From an uncultured Pseudomonadales bacterium (GTDB lineage: Bacteria; Patescibacteriota; Microgenomatia; UBA1400; PJMF01): DNA of 64,000 nucleotides. The notes under the pieces were generated by a model. It was not told where the DNA came from. It saw only the letters and a list, made by a program, of their open reading frames with translations, and ran no database searches. Location of the stretch: the NCBI GenBank assembly GCA_964556485.1, contig CAZKVV010000006.1, positions 8,072-72,071 of the forward strand, given 5' to 3'. The number at the start of each line of letters is the position of its first letter. The stretch's first letter is position 1. The position numbers were made by a program, and so were the translations under genes. Of the stretch, positions 48,940 to 59,196 are shown piece after piece.

Positions 48940-49682
48940 TTGCCGCCTTTCTGCCATGGAGCATTCTTTAATAATGGAGCAAACACATCATCATCGACAT
49001 CGATAGCATAAGCATCAATTTCTGCTTGGGTCGGTGGAGAATCTTGAAAAGTAATTGCCGTAATGTCTGTGACTAAACAAAGAGGAGTGGATTCTGCAAC
49101 TTCTCCCATTTCTAACACTGCTGCAGCTGCTATACCCTGTGAAATAGCCATTTGAGTCATTTTTATTTCACGGCCATACAAATCATTTTCACCAATTCTG
49201 TTGAAAAGTGGTTCAAAACCACAATGGGAAAGCGCCCTACCAACCACTCCCCAAAGTAACGGCATTGAGACGCTGTCAGTAATTACGACGCCAACTTCTT
49301 TGACGTTGTACTGTTCACGTAAAAAATGCCAAATCTTTTGCGCGCTAGCATAGGCATTTTCTGGCAACAATAATAATCCGCTTTCAACATTAGATTCATC
49401 CACACCTGCATTTACACTTAACATATTGCCACTGATGGTCAGAATGGTGCTCATTTTTGAAACTGAAGGAGGCGTGTACTGTTGGGCTTGGCTAAAAATA
49501 ATGGCTTCTTTTTCTGCTCGGGTTCGAGGTTCTGCAACAGCAGCATTTTCCCATAACGAAACCACCTTAGAAGTAACTACTAACACAGATCGTTCCTCCA
49601 ATGTTGGAATTGCTTCAGCTATGACAGCCAGTAAATCGCATCCTGTTGTTAGTCGAGGGGTTTTGATGGCGTTACAATTCAT
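48927..49682 (-). CDS. CofE-like coenzyme F420-0:L-glutamate ligase family protein
   Basis: LLAVIAEAIPTLEERSVLVVTSKVVS...VITDSVSMPLLWGVVGRAL matches the CofE/F420_ligase domain. The track ORF starts at 49727. Confidence 0.7.
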   Translation of the reverse strand: MNCNAIKTPRLTTGCDLLAVIAEAIPTLEERSVLVVTSKVVSLWENAAVAEPRTRAEKEAIIFSQAQQYTPPSVSKMSTILTISGNMLSVNAGVDESNVESGLLLLPENAYASAQKIWHFLREQYNVKEVGVVITDSVSMPLLWGVVGRALSHCGFEPLFNRIGENDLYGREIKMTQMAISQGIAAAAVLEMGEVAESTPLCLVTDITAITFQDSPPTQAEIDAYAIDVDDDVFAPLLKNAPWQKGGKWQS

Positions 49683-49751
49683 TGCTACCTTCACATAGAG
49701 TCTAAATTTTAGAGTCAAAATGATCATACCATATCAGGTATAATACACTCC

Positions 49752-52004
49752 ATGCGGTTCAAACTTAGATCACCCTATCAACCAGCTGGAGACCAACCAA
49801 ACGCAATAGCTGCGCTGGTAGATGGTATTGAACACAACAAACGACATCAGACATTGCTCGGGGTAACTGGCTCTGGAAAAACCTACACTATGGCAAGTGT
49901 AATCCAGAAAGTGCAAAAACCAACCCTCATCGTTGCTCACAATAAAACCCTTGCAGCACAGCTCTACCAAGAGTTTAGAGATTTTTTTCCTGAAAATGCC
50001 GTCAGCTACTTTGTGTCTTACTACGATTACTATCAACCTGAAGCGTATATTCCCTCCACCGATACCTACATCGAAAAAGAGTCAACGATTAACGACGAAA
50101 TTGACAAACTTCGATTAGCTTCCACTACTAATTTATTGACGAGACCAGATTCAATTGTCATCGCCTCAGTTTCTTGCATCTATAACTTGGGTTCGCCTGT
50201 TGAGTACGGTAGATATTTGCTGCGTATTGCTGAAGGCGAAATCATTTCTAAAGAAACGATTCTCCTTCAGCTTGCAAACTTGCAGTATGACCGGACCACC
50301 ACCGATTTTAAACGCGGCACCTTTAGACTCCGAGGAGATAGCATCCAAATTTGGCCTGCATATGAAGAGAAGGCCTTGCGAATCGACATGTTTGAAAACA
50401 CCATAGAGACACTGACTTGGATTGATCCAATTTCTGGTCAAGCACTACCAATCAATGGTGATGCAACGAATAGAAAAAAAGAAGTTATCATTTATCCAGC
50501 TAAGCACTATGTCGTTAATCCACAGAATCAAGAAGAAGGCATTGCACAAATAAAAGCTGACCTACAACAACAACTTGCGCACTTCCGCTCAAAAGGCAAA
50601 AATATTGAAGCATATCGAATAGAACAAAAAGTGAACTATGATCTCGAGATGCTCAGAGAGTTTGGCTTTGTAAATGGTATTGAAAACTACTCACGCTATT
50701 TCGATGGCAGATTACCAGGATCAGCTCCCTTTACGCTCATCGATTACTTCAATGAAACCAACAATGTCTTTGGGACAGGCGATTTTTTAACAATTGTTGA
50801 TGAAAGTCACATCACGCTTCCACAGATTAGAGGCATGCATAATGGCGATAGAGCTCGCAAAGAAACCTTGATTGAGTATGGTTTCCGATTACCAAGTGCA
50901 CTCGATAATCGGCCGCTTACCTTTGAAGAGTTCTTGGGTCAAACCAAAACCATGCTCTATGTATCCGCAACCCCAGAGAAATTAGAGCTATCACTTTCTG
51001 GTAATGAGCCTGTTGAACAACTTATCAGACCAACTGGCTTGGTTGATCCAAACATAGAACTACGACCCACTGAGAATCAAATCGAGGATCTGGTGATTGA
51101 GATCATCACTCGTAAAGAAAGAGGACAGCGGACACTCGTTACCACACTCACCAAAAAAATGGCTGAGGCACTAACCGAGTATCTAAATAACACCCACAAA
51201 ATTGACAGTTTAGTTGCAAGCTGGCAAAAGCGTCAAAAGCAAACCATTGCCCAGGAAGACAATGAGCTGCTCATTTGGCAACAAGCTGAATTACCAATTG
51301 CGCAGATGAGTATTGGTCCAATCGATCCAAAGTTCTATCACCACTTAGGACAAAATAACTATAAGCCAGCAAAAATAGAGTATCCAAAGGTTGCCTACCT
51401 GCACTCAGACATTGAAACACTTGAGCGCTCCGACATTCTAGATGACCTGAGACGCGGTGTGTATGACGTTGTAGTAGGTATTAACTTACTGCGTGAAGGC
51501 TTAGACTTACCAGAAGTCACGCTTGTAGCAATTCTCGATGCAGACAAAGAGGGATTTCTCAGATCTCGCACATCGCTTATTCAAACCATGGGTAGAGCTG
51601 CAAGACATATTGAGGGGCATGTGATTCTGTATGCAGACCGACTAACTGGCTCAATGCAAGTTGCCATTGAAGAAACACTACGACGACGAAACACTCAAAT
51701 TGAACATAACACCAAAGAGGGTATTACGCCTCAAACCATTATTAAACCAATTCGTGAGCGAATGCTCAAAAAGAAACAAGAAGAAGAGCTTGCTGCAAAG
51801 AAAAAGAAAAAATCGGGACTGGTTGTGCAACTCAACAAAACCGAACAAATAGATCTACAAAAAGTGGTGGTACAAGATCTGACTCCCTATGACAAACGCT
51901 CACTAAGCACAAAGCTAAAACGCCGCATGAATCAAGCAGCTAAGGACATGGACTTTGAATTGGCAGCGATCCTCAGAGATACTATCAAAGAGCTGCAGAC
52001 TTAA
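49752..52004 (+). CDS. uvrB: excinuclease ABC subunit B, carrying an about 70-aa insertion relative to typical UvrB
   Basis: YQPAGDQPNAI...GVTGSGKT Walker A, helicase motifs, and C-terminal UVR motif DFELAAILRDTIKELQ. 750 aa. Confidence 0.95.
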   Translation: MRFKLRSPYQPAGDQPNAIAALVDGIEHNKRHQTLLGVTGSGKTYTMASVIQKVQKPTLIVAHNKTLAAQLYQEFRDFFPENAVSYFVSYYDYYQPEAYIPSTDTYIEKESTINDEIDKLRLASTTNLLTRPDSIVIASVSCIYNLGSPVEYGRYLLRIAEGEIISKETILLQLANLQYDRTTTDFKRGTFRLRGDSIQIWPAYEEKALRIDMFENTIETLTWIDPISGQALPINGDATNRKKEVIIYPAKHYVVNPQNQEEGIAQIKADLQQQLAHFRSKGKNIEAYRIEQKVNYDLEMLREFGFVNGIENYSRYFDGRLPGSAPFTLIDYFNETNNVFGTGDFLTIVDESHITLPQIRGMHNGDRARKETLIEYGFRLPSALDNRPLTFEEFLGQTKTMLYVSATPEKLELSLSGNEPVEQLIRPTGLVDPNIELRPTENQIEDLVIEIITRKERGQRTLVTTLTKKMAEALTEYLNNTHKIDSLVASWQKRQKQTIAQEDNELLIWQQAELPIAQMSIGPIDPKFYHHLGQNNYKPAKIEYPKVAYLHSDIETLERSDILDDLRRGVYDVVVGINLLREGLDLPEVTLVAILDADKEGFLRSRTSLIQTMGRAARHIEGHVILYADRLTGSMQVAIEETLRRRNTQIEHNTKEGITPQTIIKPIRERMLKKKQEEELAAKKKKKSGLVVQLNKTEQIDLQKVVVQDLTPYDKRSLSTKLKRRMNQAAKDMDFELAAILRDTIKELQT

Positions 52005-52551
52005 GATGTTGTGATAACCGATTCTTGAGTGAACCTGCTAGTACTTTTTGAACAATCGGGTTAAAATCTGTAGTTGGAAAATAATCTTTTACTCTAGTTA
52101 GAGCATAGAGTACATGAGCTTGATTATACATATCTAGCTGAGCTTCTTCCATTGCCTCAAACATTGTCAGCACAACCACACCAACATAGCCTTGTTCTTT
52201 GACTATTTGTGTATCTTTGAATTTTTCCAAATTCTCTGCGATTTTTCTTGCCAAACTTTCGCGCAAAATTTCAGTTTTTCCTTTACCAATCAATTTATTT
52301 TCAACAAATAGTGCATTAATCAAATCATCAATTTTTTGTTTCACTTCTGGAGTAAGTTGTTCTGCTATCTCTCCAGATGGCGGCAATGCAGATGCCTCAA
52401 CTTTTGCATCTGCTGGCTTCAAACCTCTGTCATTTAAAAACCTCAACATTCCATTTTGTTGTTCTTCTTGCATATCAATAGTATTGCACGGGTATTTAAA
52501 AAAAACACCACAGTAGGTCAATGGCCCCTTTGACCCTGCCACCATCGGCAT
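51985..52551 (-). CDS. hypothetical protein (188 aa; start uncertain), convergent with uvrB
   Basis: ORF only. Overlaps the uvrB 3' end by 20 nt. Confidence 0.4.
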   Translation of the reverse strand: MPMVAGSKGPLTYCGVFFKYPCNTIDMQEEQQNGMLRFLNDRGLKPADAKVEASALPPSGEIAEQLTPEVKQKIDDLINALFVENKLIGKGKTEILRESLARKIAENLEKFKDTQIVKEQGYVGVVVLTMFEAMEEAQLDMYNQAHVLYALTRVKDYFPTTDFNPIVQKVLAGSLKNRLSQHLKSAAL

Positions 52552-52600
52552 TTGTTCGGTATAATAGATACTCGTTTAGAACACTTCAAACTAAACAAAA

Positions 52601-55573
52601 ATGCCTATGGAACAAATAATCCGCATTAGTGGTGCCCGAGAACACAACCTAAAAAATATCTCGCTTGAGATACCAAAAAATAAGCTGGTGGTTTTTACTG
52701 GCATATCTGGTAGTGGCAAAAGCTCACTCGCCTTTGATACTCTCTATGCTGAGGGACAACGTAGGTATGTGGAGAGTTTAAGCTCGTACGCCCGCCAGTT
52801 TTTAGGCGTCATGCAGAAACCAGATGTGGATCACATCGAAGGTCTTTCACCAGCAATTTCAATCGATCAAAAAACAACTTCCCATAACCCTCGATCAACA
52901 GTAGGCACCATCACCGAAATCTATGACTACCTAAGATTGCTGTTTGCTCGAGTTGGTCATCCCCACTGTCCAAACTGTGGCAAAGAAGTTGCCACTCAGA
53001 GTGTCGATCAAATTGTTTCGCAAATTCATACTCTCATCGAAAAAAGCGCTGCGTCACAGCCTGTCCGGTTTATGTTGTTATCCCCAGTAGTTCGAGATAA
53101 AAAAGGTGAATTCACTGGTCTCTTTGAAACCCTGCAACAAAAAGGATACCGACGCGCTCGCATTGATGGCACCATCTACACTTTTGATGAAGAGCTCAAT
53201 TTACTCAAAAATAATAAGCACTCCGTTGCTGTGGTCATTGACCGTGGTGTAATTAGTAAGCAACAATTAAAAGATCCCGAAGAGTACCGCAACTTGCGAA
53301 GAAGAATTGCTCAAGCTGTAGAAGAATCCTTGCAACTAGCAGATGGATTAGTGCTATTTAGCATCATCACCGATGCATCGCTCGACTTTCCAGAAAAACC
53401 AAAATCATTTTCCGACAGACTCTTTAGTGAAAAAAGAGCTTGCAGTGATTGTGGCATTTCTATTCCAGAACTCGAACCTCGTCTGTTCTCATTTAACTCA
53501 CCACATGGTGCGTGTCCTGACTGTAATGGTCTTGGAACCCTCCTCAAAATCGATATTACCAAGATTATTGCGCCATCGCTGACGTTAAGTGAAGGAGCCG
53601 TCATTCCGTTCGCCCGTATGCTTAGTAGTGACACTTGGTGGTCTAGACTCGTAAAAGCAGTGGTCGATGCAAATGATCAAGACTTTAGAAAAGTTGCATG
53701 GGATAAGTTGCCAGAAAAACTGCAACATGAACTCCTCTACGGGAGTGATGTGGTGTACAAAGTTGAAGGAGAAAATCGTTTTGGCAGACAAACCGTAATT
53801 CATGAACAGTATGAGGGATTCATAACCAACTTAGAGCGCCGATATCAAGAAACTGACAGCGACTACATTCGTAAAGAAATTCAGGCATACATGCTCAAGC
53901 AAACATGTCCACTTTGCAAAGGCACAAGGCTGAAAGAAGAAGCTCTGAGTGTGCATATCGATGGCAAGACTATTGCTCATGCTACCAACATGCCAATTGA
54001 ATTGTGTTTATCATGGATTAACTCGCTGAGCGAAAAAAAGATTCTCAACGAGAAAGAACAGTTTATTGGAGCCTCAATTCTAAAAGAAATTAGCGCTCGA
54101 CTTCATTTTCTAAAATCAGTTGGACTCAACTATCTTAACTTAAGTAGAGAAGCATCAACACTTGCAGGTGGAGAGGCTCAACGTATTCGCTTGGCTTCAC
54201 AAATTGGAACAGGCCTGACTGGAGTGTTATATATTTTGGATGAACCAACCATTGGTCTTCACCAAAGGGACAACCATCGTCTTATTGAAACCCTCAAAAA
54301 TCTGCAAGAAAAGGGAAATACCGTGATTGTGGTCGAACATGATCGAGACATCATGCTCGCTGCAGACTATATTTTCGACTTTGGACCAAAAGCTGGCAAA
54401 CTGGGTGGAAACATTGTTGCAGAAGGCACACCTGAGCAACTACTTGCCAACAAAAAATCATTGACAGGCGCATACCTCTCACGCAAAAAAGATGTAAAAC
54501 GAAAAAGTCTGTATGCAAAAAAAGAACGCACCATCGTTTCTGACGACGCTCTCATTGTCAAAACAGCCATTAACTCGAGTATTCAAGTAAGAGGTGCTAG
54601 TCACCACAACTTAAAAAATGTAGATGTTGATTTTCCTTTAGGCAAATTTGTGTGTATTTCTGGCATTTCAGGATCTGGCAAATCGACACTGCTTCATGAC
54701 ACTCTCTATGCTCATCTTCTACAACACCTGGGAAGATTATATGACTCGAGCCCTGGCGCAATTACTTCAATTATGATTCCAGATGTGGTTAAACGCGTAA
54801 CTATGATCGATCAGAGCCCAATTGGCAAAACTCCTCGATCAAATCCTGCAACGTATACTAAAATTTTTGACTATATTCGAAAAGTGTTTGCAAACACCAA
54901 AGATTCACTGCTCCACGGTTTTGACCAAGGTCGATTTAGTTTTAATGTAAAGGGTGGTCGCTGTGAAGCATGTCTGGGTGATGGTCAACTTAAAATTGAG
55001 ATGCAGTTTTTGCCAGACGTCTATGTAACTTGCGATGTCTGCAAAGGCGCTCGCTATAACGAGGAAACCCTCGAAGTTAAATACAAAGATAAAAATATTT
55101 CCGATGTACTGCACATGAGTGTGGATGAAGCTGTGGAATTTTTTGGCGCACAAAGCACAATCCGCAAAAAACTCAAAACACTGCAGGCAGTCGGGCTCGG
55201 CTATGTTGAACTCGGTCAACCTGCGCCAACACTAAGTGGTGGAGAGGCTCAAAGAGTAAAACTTGCCAAAGAACTTTCAACCAAAACCAACGAACACGTC
55301 GTCTATTTACTCGACGAACCAACCACTGGTTTACACTTTGAAGATGTACAGAAGCTCCTTGAGGTGCTGGATCAACTGGTTGAACAAAATAACACGGTCA
55401 TTACCATCGAACATAATCTTGATGTCATCAAAAATGCTGATTGGGTGATCGATCTTGGTCCTGAGGGGGGGGAGTATGGAGGTCAAATTATTGCTGAAGG
55501 TTCTCCTAAAGCTCTGGCCAATAATCCTGATTCTGCAACCGGACAGTATCTCAAGGTTGAGTTCAACTCCTAA
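52601..55573 (+). CDS. uvrA: excinuclease ABC subunit A
   Basis: 990 aa. Two ABC ATPase modules (GISGSGKSSLAFDTLYAEGQRRY..., CISGISGSGKSTL...) and zinc-finger Cys clusters. Confidence 0.95.
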   Translation: MPMEQIIRISGAREHNLKNISLEIPKNKLVVFTGISGSGKSSLAFDTLYAEGQRRYVESLSSYARQFLGVMQKPDVDHIEGLSPAISIDQKTTSHNPRSTVGTITEIYDYLRLLFARVGHPHCPNCGKEVATQSVDQIVSQIHTLIEKSAASQPVRFMLLSPVVRDKKGEFTGLFETLQQKGYRRARIDGTIYTFDEELNLLKNNKHSVAVVIDRGVISKQQLKDPEEYRNLRRRIAQAVEESLQLADGLVLFSIITDASLDFPEKPKSFSDRLFSEKRACSDCGISIPELEPRLFSFNSPHGACPDCNGLGTLLKIDITKIIAPSLTLSEGAVIPFARMLSSDTWWSRLVKAVVDANDQDFRKVAWDKLPEKLQHELLYGSDVVYKVEGENRFGRQTVIHEQYEGFITNLERRYQETDSDYIRKEIQAYMLKQTCPLCKGTRLKEEALSVHIDGKTIAHATNMPIELCLSWINSLSEKKILNEKEQFIGASILKEISARLHFLKSVGLNYLNLSREASTLAGGEAQRIRLASQIGTGLTGVLYILDEPTIGLHQRDNHRLIETLKNLQEKGNTVIVVEHDRDIMLAADYIFDFGPKAGKLGGNIVAEGTPEQLLANKKSLTGAYLSRKKDVKRKSLYAKKERTIVSDDALIVKTAINSSIQVRGASHHNLKNVDVDFPLGKFVCISGISGSGKSTLLHDTLYAHLLQHLGRLYDSSPGAITSIMIPDVVKRVTMIDQSPIGKTPRSNPATYTKIFDYIRKVFANTKDSLLHGFDQGRFSFNVKGGRCEACLGDGQLKIEMQFLPDVYVTCDVCKGARYNEETLEVKYKDKNISDVLHMSVDEAVEFFGAQSTIRKKLKTLQAVGLGYVELGQPAPTLSGGEAQRVKLAKELSTKTNEHVVYLLDEPTTGLHFEDVQKLLEVLDQLVEQNNTVITIEHNLDVIKNADWVIDLGPEGGEYGGQIIAEGSPKALANNPDSATGQYLKVEFNS

Positions 55574-55608
55574 AAATAACCGCTCACGAGTGCGTTACAA
55601 TAACAACT

Positions 55609-57492
55609 ATGACCGTTTTTAAAAAAAAGCTGTTTGCTGCTGTACTGGCCCTATTCTGTTTCATATCTGTGCAAACCGCAGCTACTGCCCAGGAGAGTAC
55701 AGACACCTTTGATACTACGCTTGATTCAAGCTATACCATCGATGCAGTTGGCATAACTAAAGTTAAGCATCGGTTTAAAATTACCAATAAAACACCAACC
55801 ATTTTTCTCACTCAGTACGCACTTAAAACCAATTATCCAGAGTTGCAAAATATCTTGGTTCGCTACCAAGAAGAAATTATTATTCCCAGTGTCACTCAAG
55901 ATGGTAGTGGCACCACTATTTCACTCGCTTTTCCCGACCAGCTCGTTGGAGAAGGCAAAACCAGAGACTTCACTGTTGAATACACCAACCGCGACATTGC
56001 CTCGATTGGCGGCAAAGTATTAGAGTTACATATTCCCAAACTACCAGAGGCAGCAACCTACAATTCCCATACTACCTCTATTGAAATACCGCTAAGTTAT
56101 GGCAATCCTACTCGAATTGAACCAATTCCTTCAAATACAAATGACTCACAAGGTGTACTCAAAATTGAGTATCACGACCTCAAAGGCGAATCAATCTCAG
56201 CAATATTTGGTCAAGAACAGATCTATAACTTAAGCCTGAGATATCAACTTGAAAATCCAACCAGCGGCACTGCACTTGCCCAAATTGCGCTACCACCTGA
56301 CACAACTTTTCAGCGCATGTTTTATCACTCCATCGATCCACTTCCCACAAACCTCAAAACAGATGCTGATGGCAATTGGATCGCTACCTACATGCTCAAA
56401 GCAACCTCTCGACTAGATGTCAATGTCAGCGCAGTTAGCAAAGTTGCACTGCAGCCCGATCTGTTTGTGCCAACAACTGCTCCGCTCAAAGAGCATACCA
56501 ACAGAGATGCCTTTTGGGAAACAAATGATGCCATCATTCAAGATCTCATCCGCCAACATAATAATCCAAAAGCGATGTATGACTATGTTATCAAAACACT
56601 CCAATATAAAGTTGAACCAATTACTGAAGCCACCGAAAGACTCGGCGCTGTTGAAGCATTCGAAAACCCAGATCAAGCAGTTTGCCAAGAATTCACCGAT
56701 GCCTTTATCACCCTTGCCAGAGCTGGCGGCACACCTGCTCGCCGAAATACGGGCTATGGCTATTCAGAAAATGAAGTACTCAAACCACTCAGTCTCGAGG
56801 CAGACGTGCTGCATGCCTGGCCAGAGTATTGGGATCAAGAAAAGGGCTACTGGGTTCCCATCGATCCCACTTGGGGTAACACAACTGGCGGAATTGATTA
56901 CTTTACCAGCTTTGATCTAAGCCATATTGTGTTTGCAATTAATGGCAAATCAAGTAAAACACCATACCCAGCGGGTAGTTATGCGGTTAGTGAAGACCCA
57001 TCCAAAAAAGATGTTGATGTTACTTTTGCAAACGATTTTCCTGTAACAACACCCGCTTTCACAGTAGAACTAACACCCAAGCGAATACTTGGCATTGCTC
57101 TGCCTGGTATGTACACAGCTGAGATTATAAATACCACTGGTGCAGCCTGGTATAATCTAGACCTTGCCTTTGGTCACACCGATACCACTATAAAAGTAAT
57201 GGATGATACGCCCATTTCCATCGCAGCATTACTTCCGTATCAAACAAAAGAAATAACTATCACTGCATTTACCAGTGCGCTACAATTGCCTAAGCAAGCT
57301 GAAATAACACCACAAATTACCATTGTGGGTCAAAATACACAATCATATGCACTCCCAGTCCAAACCATTATCACCGGACCAAGTGTCGTCCAAAACCTCA
57401 CCCAAAGAACTGTTCTCATTAGCTTGGGTGTCGGTGCTATCATCTTTACCCTCGTCACCGGGAGTGTATTGGTTCTTAGACAACGAAAATAA
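55609..57492 (+). CDS. transglutaminase-like domain protein with signal peptide and C-terminal TM anchor
   Basis: AVCQEFTDAFITLARAGGTPAR (Cys), VLHAWPEYW (His) and WVPIDPT (Asp) form an apparently intact transglutaminase-like Cys-His-Asp core. Confidence 0.7.
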   Translation: MTVFKKKLFAAVLALFCFISVQTAATAQESTDTFDTTLDSSYTIDAVGITKVKHRFKITNKTPTIFLTQYALKTNYPELQNILVRYQEEIIIPSVTQDGSGTTISLAFPDQLVGEGKTRDFTVEYTNRDIASIGGKVLELHIPKLPEAATYNSHTTSIEIPLSYGNPTRIEPIPSNTNDSQGVLKIEYHDLKGESISAIFGQEQIYNLSLRYQLENPTSGTALAQIALPPDTTFQRMFYHSIDPLPTNLKTDADGNWIATYMLKATSRLDVNVSAVSKVALQPDLFVPTTAPLKEHTNRDAFWETNDAIIQDLIRQHNNPKAMYDYVIKTLQYKVEPITEATERLGAVEAFENPDQAVCQEFTDAFITLARAGGTPARRNTGYGYSENEVLKPLSLEADVLHAWPEYWDQEKGYWVPIDPTWGNTTGGIDYFTSFDLSHIVFAINGKSSKTPYPAGSYAVSEDPSKKDVDVTFANDFPVTTPAFTVELTPKRILGIALPGMYTAEIINTTGAAWYNLDLAFGHTDTTIKVMDDTPISIAALLPYQTKEITITAFTSALQLPKQAEITPQITIVGQNTQSYALPVQTIITGPSVVQNLTQRTVLISLGVGAIIFTLVTGSVLVLRQRK

Positions 57493-58759
57493 TGTTCTCT
57501 ACGTTGGCAAAGCCAAAAACTTAAAAAATAGAGTCAGTTCCTACTCACACTACAATCAGCTCAGTTATCGCATTAAACAATTGGTGTCGACTGCCACTGT
57601 CGTTAAATTTAGAATCCTTGAAAGTGAGCTAGAAGCATTATTAGTAGAAGCAGAACTCATTGGTAGATACCAACCGCATTTTAATATTCTGCTCAAAGAT
57701 GACAAAAGCCCACTCTATATTCACATTACCAATGAAACATTCCCCAGAGTAACAAAAATACGAAAAAAAGAATTACTCACCCAACAACTCAAGGGGGCAA
57801 CCTTGGGACCATTTCCAAGCTCCTATAAAGTTAATGAAGTGCTTAAGATTGCTCGAGCCATTTTTCCCTGGTGCAATAATCCACAACAAGAATATTCCGC
57901 AAAAAAAGCTAAAGCATGCTTTTTCTACCACTTAGACCTTTGCCCAGGGGCATGTGTGGGGCAAATCACTAAGGAAGAATACGCCATCTCTATTCATAAT
58001 CTCACTGATTTCTTAAAAGGGAGAAAAAAAGAAGTGTTGCAGTCTATTACAGTGGCCATGACTATAGCAGTAGGACAAGAAAACTTCGAAGCAGCTGCGC
58101 ACTATCGAGACCAGATCCAACTAATCAAAGATGTAACTGGTCAATCGTACAAACTCAAGCCTGATCTAACTTTGCCAGCATTGCGAGAAAGTATTGCTGA
58201 AGATGGCAGAGCAGGCCTGGTGAAATTATTAACAACCTATTCTTTTATTCCCACAGGATATGAACTATCCAGAATTGAGGGATATGACGTTAGTAACACG
58301 CAAGGAACATTGGCTAGTGTGGCAATGGTCACCTTCATAAATGGCAGATCGGATGTCAGTGAATACAAGTTGTTTAATATCAAAACACTTAATACTCCAA
58401 ATGACTATCACATGTTGCAAGAAGCCCTAGCACGTAGACAAAATCATCCTGAATGGGGCAGGCCCAGCCTTGTGGTCGTAGATGGTGGAAAAGGTCAGGT
58501 AAGAGCAGCATTATCAACTTGGACATGGGACATTCCGGTTATTGGAATTGCCAAACATCCGGATAGACTCATTATTCCAATCCTCAAGCAACCACCTCGA
58601 GAAAAACCAGCAAACATTATCTATCATATCGCTGAATTGCACTCAAATGACCCAACTTTACAATTGGTACAACAAATCAGAGACGAATCGCACCGTTTCT
58701 CCAAAAAACAGCATAGTGGTAGAAGAGTTAAAAAATTACTGAATGGCTCTGAAGCTTAA
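57428..58759 (+). CDS. uvrC: excinuclease ABC subunit C, short form without C-terminal (HhH)2 domain. GTG start. Overlaps the preceding gene by 65 nt.
   Basis: GIY-YIG PGVYWFLDNENNVLYVGKAKNLKNRVSSY. UVR motif FEAAAHYRDQIQ. RNase H-like endonuclease region VVDGGKGQV. The track start at 57323 would put about 50 extra residues before GIY-YIG. Confidence 0.85.
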   Translation: MSVLSSLPSSPGVYWFLDNENNVLYVGKAKNLKNRVSSYSHYNQLSYRIKQLVSTATVVKFRILESELEALLVEAELIGRYQPHFNILLKDDKSPLYIHITNETFPRVTKIRKKELLTQQLKGATLGPFPSSYKVNEVLKIARAIFPWCNNPQQEYSAKKAKACFFYHLDLCPGACVGQITKEEYAISIHNLTDFLKGRKKEVLQSITVAMTIAVGQENFEAAAHYRDQIQLIKDVTGQSYKLKPDLTLPALRESIAEDGRAGLVKLLTTYSFIPTGYELSRIEGYDVSNTQGTLASVAMVTFINGRSDVSEYKLFNIKTLNTPNDYHMLQEALARRQNHPEWGRPSLVVVDGGKGQVRAALSTWTWDIPVIGIAKHPDRLIIPILKQPPREKPANIIYHIAELHSNDPTLQLVQQIRDESHRFSKKQHSGRRVKKLLNGSEA

Positions 58760-58782
58760 CAAAAGAGAATAGTATATACTCT

Positions 58783-59157
58783 ATGGTACGTATGTTTATT
58801 ATCAAACCAATTCTACGCACTGGTCTCGTTTTAGGATTACTCACACTTTTGCCTGCTGTTTCATTTAGTAGCTGGCTCTCTCTACTCTTTGCCGCAGTCG
58901 TTTTTGAAATCCTTTTCTCTGTGGTCAGACCTATCTTAAAACTGCTTTTTTTACCGATCAATATCGTTACTCTGGGACTCTTTTCTGCGCTCATTAACAT
59001 TTTTTTGCTCTGGTTGGTAACCTATATCGTACCCGGCTTCGTTATTGGCAACCTCAGTATTTTCGGACTTGAGCTCAATCAATTCTTCACATTAGTTGTC
59101 ATTGGCATGTTCATCAGTCTGTTTCAATCTTTCGTTGGTATCTTCATAAAAAAGTAG
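58783..59157 (+). CDS. phage-holin-family (DUF360/YvlD-like) small membrane protein
   Basis: 124 aa with 4 TM segments. Composition typical of the Phage_holin_4-like family. Confidence 0.6.
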   Translation: MVRMFIIKPILRTGLVLGLLTLLPAVSFSSWLSLLFAAVVFEILFSVVRPILKLLFLPINIVTLGLFSALINIFLLWLVTYIVPGFVIGNLSIFGLELNQFFTLVVIGMFISLFQSFVGIFIKK

Positions 59158-59196
59158 TTTTTTGTACTTAGCGCTAACTACAGGTATAATACAGAC

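Noticed and set aside
49770-55448. Numerous short antisense or off-frame ORFs inside uvrB, uvrA, eno, gpmI and the PEP-utilising gene (e.g. 49770..50036, 53311..53634, 54905..55219)
   Set aside because: They lie fully within strongly supported conserved genes on the opposite strand or frame, with low-complexity translations. They are statistical ORFs.
57323-57427. Upstream extension of uvrC to the ATG at 57323
   Set aside because: It would add about 35 extra residues before the GIY-YIG motif and a 170-nt overlap with the transglutaminase gene. The GTG at 57428 gives the canonical spacing of about 17 residues before PGVYxF.
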